Shown here one piece after another: positions 39,201 to 52,100 of a DNA stretch of 64,000 bases (its first letter is position 1; every line of letters starts with the position of its first letter). The notes below the pieces were generated by a model, which did not search any database, had not been told where the DNA came from, and saw only the letters and a list, made by a program, of their open reading frames with translations. Source of the DNA: Dendrobates tinctorius. Its lineage: Eukaryota. The translations under genes and the position numbers were made by a program. The stretch is taken from NCBI RefSeq assembly GCF_039654945.1, contig NW_027361771.1, forward strand, positions 40,114,001 through 40,178,000. Reading direction: 5' to 3'.

Positions 39201-39682
39201 ACCACTGAGCCATCATGAGACCCAAAAATATGAGCAGGAGTCAAAAATTATCTAGAAGTGATCAAATAGGTGATGGTCCAAACCAGCAACTGGGTTCATT
39301 GACATGCTCAATGGTTTCATGGGCAGGCGTCCGGCACCTTCTTCATGGCTGCCACTTGTGAAGTTCTTTGAATTTCTCTTTTCATTCATACACACCTCTT
39401 CACAACAAAACACCTCTCTCCTTACTGTGCACAAAGTCTCCAATAAATATTGGCACCACACACCCTTAGACCCTCCAAAAATCACTGCACGGTGCTGGTT
39501 TGTGCAAATCACATGTGGGGCAGCCACATAAATGTACTGTGCCAGTAACCTGTTCTAACCTGGAGTAATGTCCATCACCATGCACCATAATCGACTTCAT
39601 TATAATATTTGAGGCCTTCACATGAAATCTACACACCCCCATATGCCATAATTCACCCCAAGCATAACACAGCAGGAAGCCA

Positions 39683-39722
<40 letters not shown>

Positions 39723-41227
39723 GATAAATTTTTTATTTAACCAAATTCAAGGTACAAAACAATAGAACAAAAATCGCAATGAAAACATTAACAGTGGTCA
39801 TTAGTTTCAGAAATTCCCTCCCCATTACATACAAGAGCAGCAAATAATGCATGGTATAACCTAAGTTCAGGGTCGTCATCTCTCCTCCCAAGGTGTCCAG
39901 TGTCTCAAATATTCTTATGCCTTTTCTCAACATAAATGTCTTTTTTCCATATTCACAATAGTCACTGTCTGGAAAAATTCCCTCAACGTCGACGGATCTT
40001 CATTTATCCAGTATCTTGCGATCAGTTTTCACGCAATATATAATAATCTAGCTATAGCCACCTTATATTTATTATGTACCTGGACCTCCTCCACATATCC
40101 CAGTATACACACCACAGGATCCCTCTCAATCCTACAACCATATGCTCCTCCTATGGCATTAAGCACCGCCGTCCAATATGAGTTCAGATTTGGACACTGA
40201 CTTAACATATGGAGAATTCCAGCCCCCTCCATTCGTCACCGAGGACACTCAGAAGTCTGTCCCAGACCCGCTGTATACAGCCGTTCAGGAGTCCTATATA
40301 CTCTATGGAGTACATATATCTGTGAGCCTGCCTGGTTCATTGGGGTATATATTCCATAATCCCTTCCCATTTATCTTCCTCTATCCTACCCAACTCCTCC
40401 TCTTATTTTCCCTGTGCTCTAATAGAATAGTTATTTAAAAAAGTATGCATTAGATCCTTATACATGCCCGACACTACCCCTTTTGTTCCCCCCTCTGCAC
40501 AGACCTAATCAATCAATATATCCTTGTGAATTTCCATATTCATTGTCTTACACTGAGTAACATAAGCATTCCTAAACTGCCCATATTGAAATCTGCAGAC
40601 CTCCGGTAGCCCATAATCTTCCTGCAACTTTCCAAAGGGCACCAGTCCCTGCGCGTCCTGCACCTGAACCATGTACTGTATTCCCAGTCTCATCCAATTT
40701 TTAAAATTCTCCCATTTTAACAAATTCCGGTAGAGTCTCGTTTTGCCATATCGGGGAAAAATTTAAGTGTTCCAAACCCCCTAATCTTTTTAATTGCCTC
40801 CCAGACTTTATGTATCAGAGCTAAAGTAGGATAATCAAACCCAACTTCCTGCCTCCAACCCCTGAACCAAGGGGATCCCTCCCCATCACCTGAACCAAGA
40901 CCCTTTGTAATGAACCACCCCAGACACAACCCTCCACCCCCTCATCTGTTGGCCCTGAGCAGCTAAATAGTAAATCCAAGGGTTCGGAAGCGCCAGTCCA
41001 CCTCCATCCTTGGGCCTCTGCAATATCTCAAGTGTGATCCTTGGCTGCTTTTTTTTCCCACACAAGATCCCTAAATATAGAGTCAATAGTACAAAACCAC
41101 CGCCCAGGGAACCAGATAGGGGCATTTTGCAAGAAGTATAGCAGTTGGGGCATCAAAATCATCTTAATCAGATTAATTCTTCCCACTACTGAAAGATACA
41201 GTTTACATTATGCCCCTACTTTACTCC

Positions 41228-41595
41228 TTTTTCATATAACTTTATTGAACATTTTTGTCAATAAAATAGAATGGATGGGTTAGGGGAGGATATAGTAGAA
41301 AGAAGTTGCTGTACGGGAACAGTACAATGGAAAGTATTGGAGGGAAAGGGGATAACTAAACACTTAACAGTAGTGTTTATAACCTATAATGAAGTTAATA
41401 GTTACTGTTGTTTCTTAAAGATAAATATAACGTATCCTGAGTAGCTGTAAATGAATAGCTATAAATTGAGGAGAGACCTATTTAGCACATGTTCAGGGAG
41501 CAAAGCTGTTGCAGGATTCCCATCTCTTGAGAGAGGGTGCATAGTAATTGTTAGCATTTGCATGGGCTTTTTCATATGAGTTGTGGAGTGACATT
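41228..41595 (-). mobile_element. Short L1 3'-end insertion in L1-A
   Basis: 13-bp TSD cctactttactcc (41215-41227, 41596-41608). AATAAA plus a short A tail on the minus strand. ORF2 C-terminus-like YEK...KRWES. Confidence 0.8.
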
Positions 41596-42290
41596 CCTAC
41601 TTTACTCCTAAACTTACTCCGCAGTGGAATAAGATTCAAATCTGCATAGCTTGAAATCGGAAGTGCCACCTGAATGCCCAGGTATTTAAACTGTAGCACC
41701 ACTGCCAACCTACTACCCTCCCCCGACACTGGCAAATCAACAACACAATCATCTACAGCCATGACACTGGATTTTTCCCAGGTAATTTCTAATCCCGATA
41801 TAGACCCAAATGTTTTGATAATTTCCATTGCTCTAAACAACGACTCTCCGAAATCCTCCAAAAAAAGCAAAACATCACCTGCATACAATGACACTTTTTC
41901 CTCTACCAAGCCATATCTGCACCCTATAACCGAAGCCATCCTCCTAATAGTCTGCGTCAGGGGCTCCACTGCCAAAGCAAAAAAGTAGCGGGGACAGCAG
42001 ACACCCCTGCCTAGTCCCCCTATGAAGCGCAAAACTCCCAGACATTTGCCCGTTAACTCTGACCCTAGCGGTCGGTGAAGTATATAGCAACCGTATCCAT
42101 GAAATTAAGGTCGGCCCAAAACCAAAGCGTTCCAACACCCTCCAAAGATACTGCCACTCAACACTACCAAACGCTTTACGCGCGTCCAATGATACCACAA
42201 CCTTACTGCCCCTATTGTCCGACGGCAGCTGCAATTTCAGAAAGTCTACCCAATTTCAGAAAAAGTCTACGCAAATTAATCGCTGTAGAC

Positions 42291-45200
42291 TTTTCCCTTC
42301 ACCCATGACAGCACCACCTGAGAGAGGGATCCGCCCCGCCAGGACAGGAACCTACTGAGACATAAGGGGCGGCACCTCTCCCCCGCTTCAGTTGGGTTCC
42401 TGTCCTGGAAGGAATCCCACTGTGGCGGTGCCTGTCATGGGCGAAGAGAAAGATAAAGACCCAGGCCCGTCCCGGCGTGGGAAGAACAGGTAGCATACCT
42501 GTAGCGCCGGCCGTCGGGTCCTGGAAGCGCAGTCCCTGGGGCTCCGGGTTCGTGCGGGTGTGGATGGGATCCCGGTGGCTCCGGGAAGCCCCCACCGCGC
42601 CACCCTCCCCTCGCGCACGCCGCATCTCGATCCCCGTGGTAGGGGAGAGACGCTGGCGTCTTCCGGCCGGTGACGTCAGCGGCGCTTGGAATGCTGGGTG
42701 CGCCGGCTGACGTCAGCAGAAGGCGACGGTGTAATGGCGCCGGGTGCGACGCCGGCTTTCTGAAGCGCTGGGCCGCCGGTTGCAGGGGGGAGGGGAGGAA
42801 GACGCTCACCAGGCGGAGGCATGCAATTTAGAAGGAGGAAGACAGCTGTAGATCGGCGGTGCAAAATGGAGTCCGAGCAGGAACGTTCAGCGTCCCTGCC
42901 TCCCTCACAGCCCTCTGGCAGAAAGCATGGAAGCCATTCAAGCAGCAGTCGCCCCAGCCGCAGGTCGGGGCACTCCTCAAGGTCCAAACAGCGCGGGTCA
43001 GGTGCTCCGACGCAGCCTCCAAGTCCGGTACCCTTGATTTACGGGTGGTGAGTGATCTTCGTGAATGTTAGCAGTATATTAATAGAGGTTTTCTATTGTA
43101 TGCTTCACCCTGTAGGAAAAGCCCAGAAAAGCGGGAAGCAAGAAGAACAATAGGGATTGTGCTATATGTAAATCTCCCCTAGCAAGAGACTGGCAAAAAG
43201 ATCTCTGTGCTTCGTGCATTCAGCGGACTATGGCGGAGGAAGCGCCTAGTTTCGCAGCCAATCTAATATCTGCCCTCAGGTCAGAAATGGAAGGCTCAAT
43301 TAAGTCCTTATTGAAAAAAGGGGAAAAAAAAGCAGGAAGGATTTCCCTAGTTCCCCCTCAGATTCCGCGTCAGTATCATCTCAGGCGGAAAAATCATCCT
43401 CCTCAGATAGTGACACAGGGGGTAAGCCATGTTTCCCTGTAGAAGATACAGATGCCCTCCTAAAGGCCATTAGAACCACAATGGGCCTACAGGAAGAAAG
43501 GGCGGCTAAAACCCTAGAGGACGTCATGTTTGGGGGGCTTCAGGAGAGGAAAAAACGAACCTTTCCAGTAAACGCGAAAATCCAGGCGCTTATTGAGAGA
43601 GTGGAAAAAGCCTGAAAAATCGGGGGCCCTTCCATCCGATACGATACCCCTTTGAATACAAGGATACAGAGATATGTGACAAAGTCCCAAAAATAGATGC
43701 AGCGGTGTCCAGGTCTTCCAAAAGGTCGGCCCTGCCCTTGGAAGACGCAGGGGTTCTTAGAGACCCGCTGGACAAAAAAGCGGACTCATATTTGAGGCAC
43801 GCATGGGAAGCGACAGCAGGAGGTCTAAAGCCGGCGATAGCGGGCACCTGCACGGCACGCTCCCTCATGATCTGGCTGCAGCAGTTAGAAGAGAAGCTGG
43901 CGTCAAGGGTCCCAAGAGAGAAGATCTTATCAGACATGTATCTCTTGCACGGGGCAGCGGCTTTTTTGGCAGATACCTCGGCGGACTCTATGCGATTGAC
44001 AGCCAGAGCAGCGTCACTATCAAATGCTGCTAGACGCGCGTTATGGCTTAAGGGCTGTCCGGGTGACCTTCAGTCCAAGGCCAAATTGTGCTCTCTCCCC
44101 TGCGATGGTCGATTCCTGTTCAGCAAGAACTTGGACGATATTCTGGAGTAAGCAGGCGATAAGAAAAAAGGCTTCCCCAGATTCCCTATGGATCAGAGGA
44201 GACAGCCCTTTCGGAGGGGGAGATTCAATAGAGGGCGTCCTCCCGCTGACAGAAGAAGATGGGAGGATAAAAGGAAGAAAGAATCAGGGTTTGTTTGGTG
44301 GAGGCACCTCCACCTCAAAAAAGTCACCACAATGACGCCAGTATTCCAGTAGGAGGGAGATTGGCACTCTTTTTCCAGGCCTGGGAAAAGATCTCCTCCA
44401 ATACCTGGATTCTGAGCATCCTAAAAGACCTGAAAATCCCCTTTATTCGTCAGCCAAAACCCGTGGTCGTCATCACACCTATCAGGAAGATGATCGAAGA
44501 ACAACTGGCCTTAGAAACAGAAATCCTGAGCCTGATAGACAAGCGGGTACTGTCCGAGGTGCCACGCTTACAGGAAGGAAAGGGGTTTTATTCACCCCTT
44601 TTTCTAATAAAAAAACCGGATCAGTCGTTCAGGACAATCATAAATCTCAGACGCCTCAATCTATGGATAAGGAACACGACCTTCAGGATGGAATCGGTAA
44701 CTACGGCAGTGAAGCTGCTACATCAAGATTGCTTCATGGCCGTAGTCGATTTAAAGGATGCGTATTACCACATCCCTATCATCCAGATTACCAGAAATAC
44801 CTGAGGGTAGCGCTTTATATTCAGGGCACACTAAGGCACTTTCAGTTCAGGGCTCTTCCGTTTGGCATATCCATAGCCCCGAGGGTCTTCACCAAGGTCA
44901 TAGCGGAAGTGACAGCTTTTCTCCGGATTCACGATACGGTCATAATACCATACCTGGACGATTTTCTTATAGTGGGCAGTTCAGAGGACCACTGTACAGC
45001 ACAGTTGACTCGGGTGATCAACACCTTGCAAGAGTTAGGGTGGATAGTCAATTTCAAAAAATCAAAATTACAACCCCTAAAGAAACAGACCTTCCTAGGA
45101 TTTATACTGGACTCAGAAAGGCAAGAGTGTCTGCTCCCAGAGTCCAAGATAGAGAAGGTGCGAAATCTGGCCTTGGCGGGCCGGAACCAACCATGTATGA

Positions 45201-48080
45201 CATTAAGAAAAGCAATGTCCCTACTAGGTACCCTAACATCCTGTATTCCGGCGGTCAGGTGGGCTCAATTTCACACCTGGCAACTCCAGGGGGAGATACT
45301 AAGAGCACAAAGATCGCTAAGAGGGCGTTTGGAAGGAAAGCTGGAGCTTTCCTTAAAAACCAGAGACTCTCTCAACTGGTGGTTGAACGAGACAAATCTG
45401 ACCTTAGGAATACCATGGGACAGACAGGCGACAGATATAATTTTAACAGATGCAAGCTCCTTGGGGTGGGGGGCACACCTAAGGGGCCTCATAGGTCAGG
45501 GTTCCTGGACACCTCAAGAAAGGAAGGCATCCTCCAACCTGAGAGAACTGTGGGCAGTGGGCAAGGCCCTAAGCCACTTCATTCCGCTACTCCAGGGTCG
45601 AGATGTACGCATCATGTCAGACAACAAGGTAGCAGTGGCATACATCAACCACCAAGGAGGGACAAGATCACACTCCTTAATGGAAGCAGCAACAGACATT
45701 CTGAGCAGTGCAGAGGAACACCTACACTCCGTGACAGCCCTACACATAAAAGGGGCAGAAAACAGAGGCAGATTTCCTGAGTCGCAATACCCTGAGGCAA
45801 GGAGAATGGGCGCTAAACCGGTCCATCTTTCAAAACATAACTCAGCTTTGGGGGGAACCGGTGATAGACCTCTTTGCAAACAAGCACAACAGGCAAACAG
45901 AAAGGTTCTGCTCTCTAAACCCGAGGGAAAATCCATGGGCAGTGGACTCGTTGCACATCCAGTGGAACTTCAGACTGGCTTACGCGTTCCCCCCCCCCCC
46001 CCCTGTAGCTCTGATCCCAACTGTGGTAAGAAAAATCAGAAACGATCAAGCCAGGGTGATTCTAATAGCTCCATTTTGGCCAAAAAGGCCCTGGTTCGCT
46101 CTGCTACGGAAGATGTCCCTCTCCGATCCATGGGTTCTGCCAGAAATCCCGGACCTACTAGCTCAGGGTCCAATATTGCACGCTCAGGTCAAAGGATTCC
46201 ATCTGACGGCGTGGAATTTGAAAGGTCGCTTTTAATGGATAGGGGGTTCTCCCCTGGGCTGGTGGCCACTCTGCTAAAAAGCAGGAAACCGGTGACTACT
46301 AGGGCCTCTTTCACACTTCAGTTTTTTGCATCAGTTATAATCCGCCAAAAAGGCGGACAAGCGGATCCGTTCTCAACTGACGTGAACGGATGGCACAGGA
46401 TCCGTTTTCAGACGGATCCTGAAAATGAAGAAATTTAAAGGAATCGCTGGCGAGAGAGAGTGAATTTTTTTTTCTTGTTTTGTCCGGCACCCAGAAAGAA
46501 ATTCGGGTTAAAGCAGTGTCTGCAGGATCCACCAGAGAAAAAAACGTTACAAGCTCCGTTTTGAAATCTTTGAGGATGGTGACGGACAGCAACTTTTGGC
46601 GGATCCTCACAAAAAACGGATGCAATGGACAGCAATCCGTCACAATCCGCCATTAATGCAAGTCAATGGGAAAAAAACGGATCCTCAAAAAAAAATTGAG
46701 GATCCGTTTCTTTTTCAAAACCTGGCGGATTGTGACTGATTGTAAAAAACGGAAGTGTGAAAGAGGCCTAACATCTACGGCAGAACATGGGATAAGTTCC
46801 TACAGTTCTTGGGTAAGCCGTTAGGAAAAGAACCCCCGATTAGTGCCATCCTAGAGTTCTTACAATCTGGGTTGCAGATGGGGTTAGCAGTAAACACACT
46901 TAAGGTTCAGGTGTCGGCACTAGGGGCGCTCTACAATTGCAAACTGGCATCAGATAGGTGGATAGCCAGATTTATTAAATCCTGCCACAGAGCTAGGCCT
47001 ATTCCAATACCCAGAATAGCCCCCTGGGATTTAAACCTGGTGTTAGAAGCCCTTACAAAAGATCCGTATGAGCCATTACATCAGCTACCCCTAAAGTTTT
47101 TGACCCTAAAAACGATCCTGTTAGTAGCCCTCACATCAGCCCGCAGGATAAGCGACTTACTGGCTCTCTCAGTAAATCCTCCTTTTACGCAAGCTTTTCA
47201 GGATAGGGTAGTGTTAAGAACAGACCCCAGTTATCTGCCCAAGGTAGTATCAGATTTCCATCGGGGTCAGGAAATTGTCCTTCCATCCTTTTGCGAAAAT
47301 CCAAAAAATCTGGGGGAGGAAAAATTCCATAGTCTGGATGTTAAAAGAGCTCTTGTAGAATATATATCTGCCACTAGCCAGTGGAGGAGGTCACAGTCCC
47401 TATTCGTAGCTTTTCAGGGTGCCAGGAAAGGCTATGGGGTTTCAAAAGGGACTATTGCTAGATGGATTAGGGAAGCCATTAGTGTAGCCTATTCAGCTAG
47501 TGGTATCCCGATTCCTGACGGCATCAAGGCTCATTCCACCAGAGCCGTGGCGACCTCCTGGGCTGAAAAGGCAGAGGTATCAATCGAACAGATTTGTAAG
47601 GCCGCTACCTGGGCCTCACCTTCAACCTTCTTTAAGCACTATAGATTAAATCTATCCTCCTATGCTGACTTAACCTTTGGTAGAAGGGTGCTGCAAGCGG
47701 TGGTCCCTCCCTAAGGTGTTTCGAAGTCTCCAAAAATCTCTCAGGTGGTGCTGTCATAGGTGAAGGGAAAACCACCATGGTTACTTACCGGTAGCCGGTT
47801 TTTTCCGGAACCCATGACAGCACCCGTACATTCCTCCCCCTTTTTCACTGTATGGGTGTGCACAATTAGTAGGGTGTTTTGAGTGATTGTGGTGTTGGAT
47901 TAAACATATAACTAACCGGGAAGTCCTCTCAATGCTCTGTAACCCAACTGAAGCGGGGGAGAGGTGCCGCCCCTTATGTCTTAGTAGGTTCCTGTCCTGG
48001 CGGGGCGTATCCCTCTCTCAGGTGGTGCTGTCATGGGTTCCGGGAAAAACCGGCTACCGGTAAGTAACCATGGTGGGTTT
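42291..48080 (+). mobile_element. DIRS1-type copy 4, full length and best preserved
   Basis: Left ITR 42291-42398 matches right ITR 47941-48040. ICR ~47738-47825. gag, RT (DLKDAYYHIP, YLDDFL), RNase H (TDAS), MT (DLFA, YAFPP), and YR with TSARRISD, HSTRA and FKHY. Inserted at a T-run in L1-A ORF2. Confidence 0.96.
46303..46768. mobile_element. Harbinger-type MITE in the YR 5' end of DIRS copy 4
   Basis: Perfect TIRs ggcctctttcacactt / aagtgtgaaagaggcc with tag/taa flanks. Removal restores RKPVTT-NIYGRTW in frame. Confidence 0.9.
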
Positions 48081-49155
48081 TTTTGGCATAAATCCGGATT
48101 GCTCCGGATGGACAAGATCCTGAACCACACTCTCCAAACGGCTAGCCAAAATCTTTATATCCACCGTCAGCAACGAGATGGGCCTATAAGATTCTGCCAA
48201 CCCCGTATCTCTTCCCTCTTTCGGCATGACCACCACCACCGCCTCCCTCATGGATGCTGGTAATTCACCCTCCCGAAGAACCTCTTCAAAACCCTTTTGC
48301 AGTCTGGGTGTTACCATCTCAATTAATTGTTTGTACATTTCACTCCGGACACCATCTGCCCCCGGGGACCTATTATTAGACATAGATATAATAGCCATTT
48401 CAATCTCCTCTTTTGTTAAGGGCAACTCCAGTCTCCCCCTATCACTGTCTTTATTACTCAGGAGCCCTGCCTCCTGAAGAAAAACCTCTATGTCCCCAAA
48501 TGAGTCCCCCCGATCCCTCCGTGTTCCCCACCTCCCTTCCCTCATCAGTCTTCAATTTATATTCATAAGATGATTCCCTCTGCGCCGCTAACACCACTGA
48601 CAACAGATGCCCCACTTTTTCACCATCATAAAACTGCGTTTTCTGGAAGGCCCTCTTCCTCTCTGCTTTCCTCAAATACACCTTAACCTCTTCCTGTGCA
48701 CCCCTTAGCCTACTCTGATTTTCTGCTAACGGGTCCAGTACCATATCCCTCTCCAAGGTTTCTATTTTCCTGTCTTCTAGCTGAGATTTCGACTTACACC
48801 TGGAAATCTCTTGAAACAAAAGACCCCATAGGACCGCTTTCATAGCGTCCCACACCACCGGACTATCAGCACTCCCTTCATTAATCTGCCAATACTCTTC
48901 CAATTCTTCCTTTATAATATTCATATCAATATATTCCAGCCACACTGGGTTCAACTTCCACCTCCCTTTCCAATCTCCCCCCCCTCCCATCCGTCTAATG
49001 GACAATTCTGTAAGCTTATGGTCCGAAATCACCCTTGGGAGGTATTCCACTCCACAGACCATTTGTGTCGTTAGCTCATTTCCCAGTGCCATATCTATTC
49101 GTGAGAGAGACCCATGCGTCGCAGAATAGCAAGAGTAGCACACCACATTCTCATT

Positions 49156-52100
49156 ATTTTTTTTTTTTTTTTTTTTAAACTCGTTTATTAAACCATAAGC
49201 AGTTTTACAATACATACATTCAGTGCAAAATGTTAAACCTAGTACAAAATAGATATGTACAATTAGCATGAAGACATGAGGCATAATATGTGCATCAACT
49301 GTATGTAAATAAAGCAGACATAATATCAATTGAATCACAATGGTGTTATGTTATTGTACCAATAATAGAACCTGCCTGGCTTCTAAACTCTACCGACATC
49401 TACTAAAACATTAACTATTCTGCAGCCTACTTCTATATAGCAAGCAGTTTATTGTGCGACATCTCCGCTCTGCAAGGTAAAGTGAGAGGAGTTCCATCTC
49501 TCCCAAATCTTTTTAAATTTACCTGGGCACCCTCTATTCTGATAGTGTCCTTTCATATGGGATAATCGAATTTACGAGAGTGATCCAGGACCCAAGAGAA
49601 GGAGGTGAATTCCCCATCCATCGTAGTGCCAGTATCTTTCGTGCCATGAACAGTGTCTCCCGTAAAAAAATCCCAACATAATGACCCCACGTCTCCTCAT
49701 CCCACACTCCAAACAGACATATCAGCGGTTCGAGGGGAACAGGCGTTTGTAGCAAGGATGTTAATAACGACGTCACCCCTCTCCAGAATTGCACAACAAC
49801 AGGACAGCACCAGATCATATGAATAAAGTCTGCATCCATTGAATGACATCTCAAACATCCCGATGACGGATATCGGCACATCTTAAAGAGTCGAATTGGG
49901 GTCAAATATGATTAATAATATACAATTGTATCATCCTGTTGTTGGCAGACGGAGACACCCAGATTGGTGACTCCAGAATTTCTTCCCATTCCTCATCCCG
50001 TGTATCAGGAATGAGCCTCTCCCATTTCTTAACGGAGTCTATGGCACATTCTGTCCCCACTGACAACATATATGTATATAGAGAGGAGATGAGACCTTGA
50101 GGGCCCTGTGACTTGAGGATCCCTATCAAGGGCAGAGACGAAATGGCATCACTCATATCTAAATTTCTCATATGCGATTGAAAAGCTGACCTTAGTTGTA
50201 GATAACGGAAAAACTGGGCTCTCGGGACACCGCGATTGACTTGTAATTGCTCAAAGGATATTAAAGTACCATGATCGTATAGATCACCCATCGTAGAGAG
50301 ACACCGTATTGAACCCAGAACTCGGCAGACGGATGTTCACGCAGCATCGGGAGGTAGTCATTATTCCACAGGGGCATTTCAGCTATAACATCGCCAAATC
50401 CAACCACCCCCTTAATCTGTCTCCATATTGATCGTGCCAGACGGAGCAGAGGCAGCAGTCTCGGGACATTTATTTTCCTAATTTCTAAAATACCTAGTGG
50501 GCAACTAGTCCCTGCAGCATGAAGAAGATGACTCTCAGAATTCGGGAGGTGGCCTCCAGGCATCCATGTACTTAAGGCCTTGGCCTGTCCAGCTAGATAA
50601 TATAAAAAGAAATTGGGTAATGCTGCCCCCCCTCCCCTCTTGGGTCTCTGTAGAGTGGTCAACTTTAGTTTAGGCCTGGCTTTCCCCCAATAAAGGATGT
50701 GATTTGGGAATTTAAATGAGCAAAAAAGGATTTGGGCACCACCACCGCACTATGTTGAAGAAAGTAGTTAAGCTTGGGGAGTAATATCATTTTAATTAAA
50801 TTAATATGTCCGGCTACAGACAATGGAAGCTTACCCCAGCTCGCAAATTTACCCCTGACCTTCTCCAGCAGTGGTTGTATATTGAGTTGTAGATCAAATT
50901 TACTGCCCTTAGAGATATGAACCCCCAAATATTTGAAACTAGTCACGATGGGCAGCAGGGAGAGAGTCTCAAGTCGTGGCATTGGAGCATGGGAAAGAGG
51001 CATCAAAGCAGATTTATCCCAATTTATGTAAAGGCCAGAATATTTACTAAATTTATTTATGGTAATAATCACTCTTGTCAGGGTTTCCTCTGCTTTGTCC
51101 ATAGATATCACCATATCATCAGCGTGTAAGCCTATGGTATCCGTCCGACCCACTATCTCTATACCAGCGATATCAGGGGATAGTCTTATACGAATTGCCA
51201 GCGCCTCAATAGCGAGAACAAGGGCCGGGGAAAGAGGACACCCCTGACGGGTTCCCCTATGCAATGAAAATGATTCAGATATGGAGCTATTTACGATGAC
51301 CCAGTCATCGATGTCATGTATAAGACATTGACCCAGTTTTGGAATCTTTCGCCAAATCCATATCTCTGCAAACATGCACAGAGAAAAGGCCATTCAAGTG
51401 AGTCAAAGGCCTTGGCCGCATCTAGTGATGCCAATGCCCATTCATTATCCGATACCAGAGAACTATATTGGGCCACTGACTGGACACGTCTGATATTTGT
51501 GGAAGTGCTCTTACCCGGCATAAAACCCGTCTGATCAGGGTGTACAAGATCCAATATAACGGTATTTACTCTTTTGGCTAAAATTTTTGTAAAACTTTTA
51601 TAATCCACATTTACTAGTGATATAGGCCTATACGATCCACAATCCAAAGGGTCCTTCCCCTCCTTTTTTAGAACTATTATATTGGCCTCATAAAAAGACC
51701 TCCGGCATGCATCCCCCCCTCCCAAATCCCACGAAACACTGTCAACAAAAGAGGCGCCAGTATATCTTGATATTTTCTATATAACTCCACAGGGAATCCA
51801 TCCGGCCCAGGGGCCTTTCCGGAGGCCATGCCTTGTATGGCATCCTCTACCTCCTCCAGAGTAAACTCAACATCCATATAGGCCTGTTGGGAAGGACTTA
51901 GCGTGGGAAACTCTATATCTAACAAATAGTCCAAACACTCTGGGCCATCCACATCTGTCTTAGAATTGTACAATGAGCCATAATAGTCAGAAAAGCACTT
52001 TAGTATCTCCTCAGTTGAGGAGACCAACGTACCATCTGAATCACGGATCTGTAGAATTGTGTTGGTTGCATTGTGCTGTCGTACTAAGTAGGCCAGAAAC

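Noticed and set aside
45840-46235. DNA adenine methyltransferase-like ORF as a novel or bacterial gene
   Set aside because: The MT-like domain is a known component of DIRS1 elements and is present in every copy here.
46809-47714. Phage integrase or prophage
   Set aside because: It is the DIRS tyrosine recombinase within an ITR/ICR structure.
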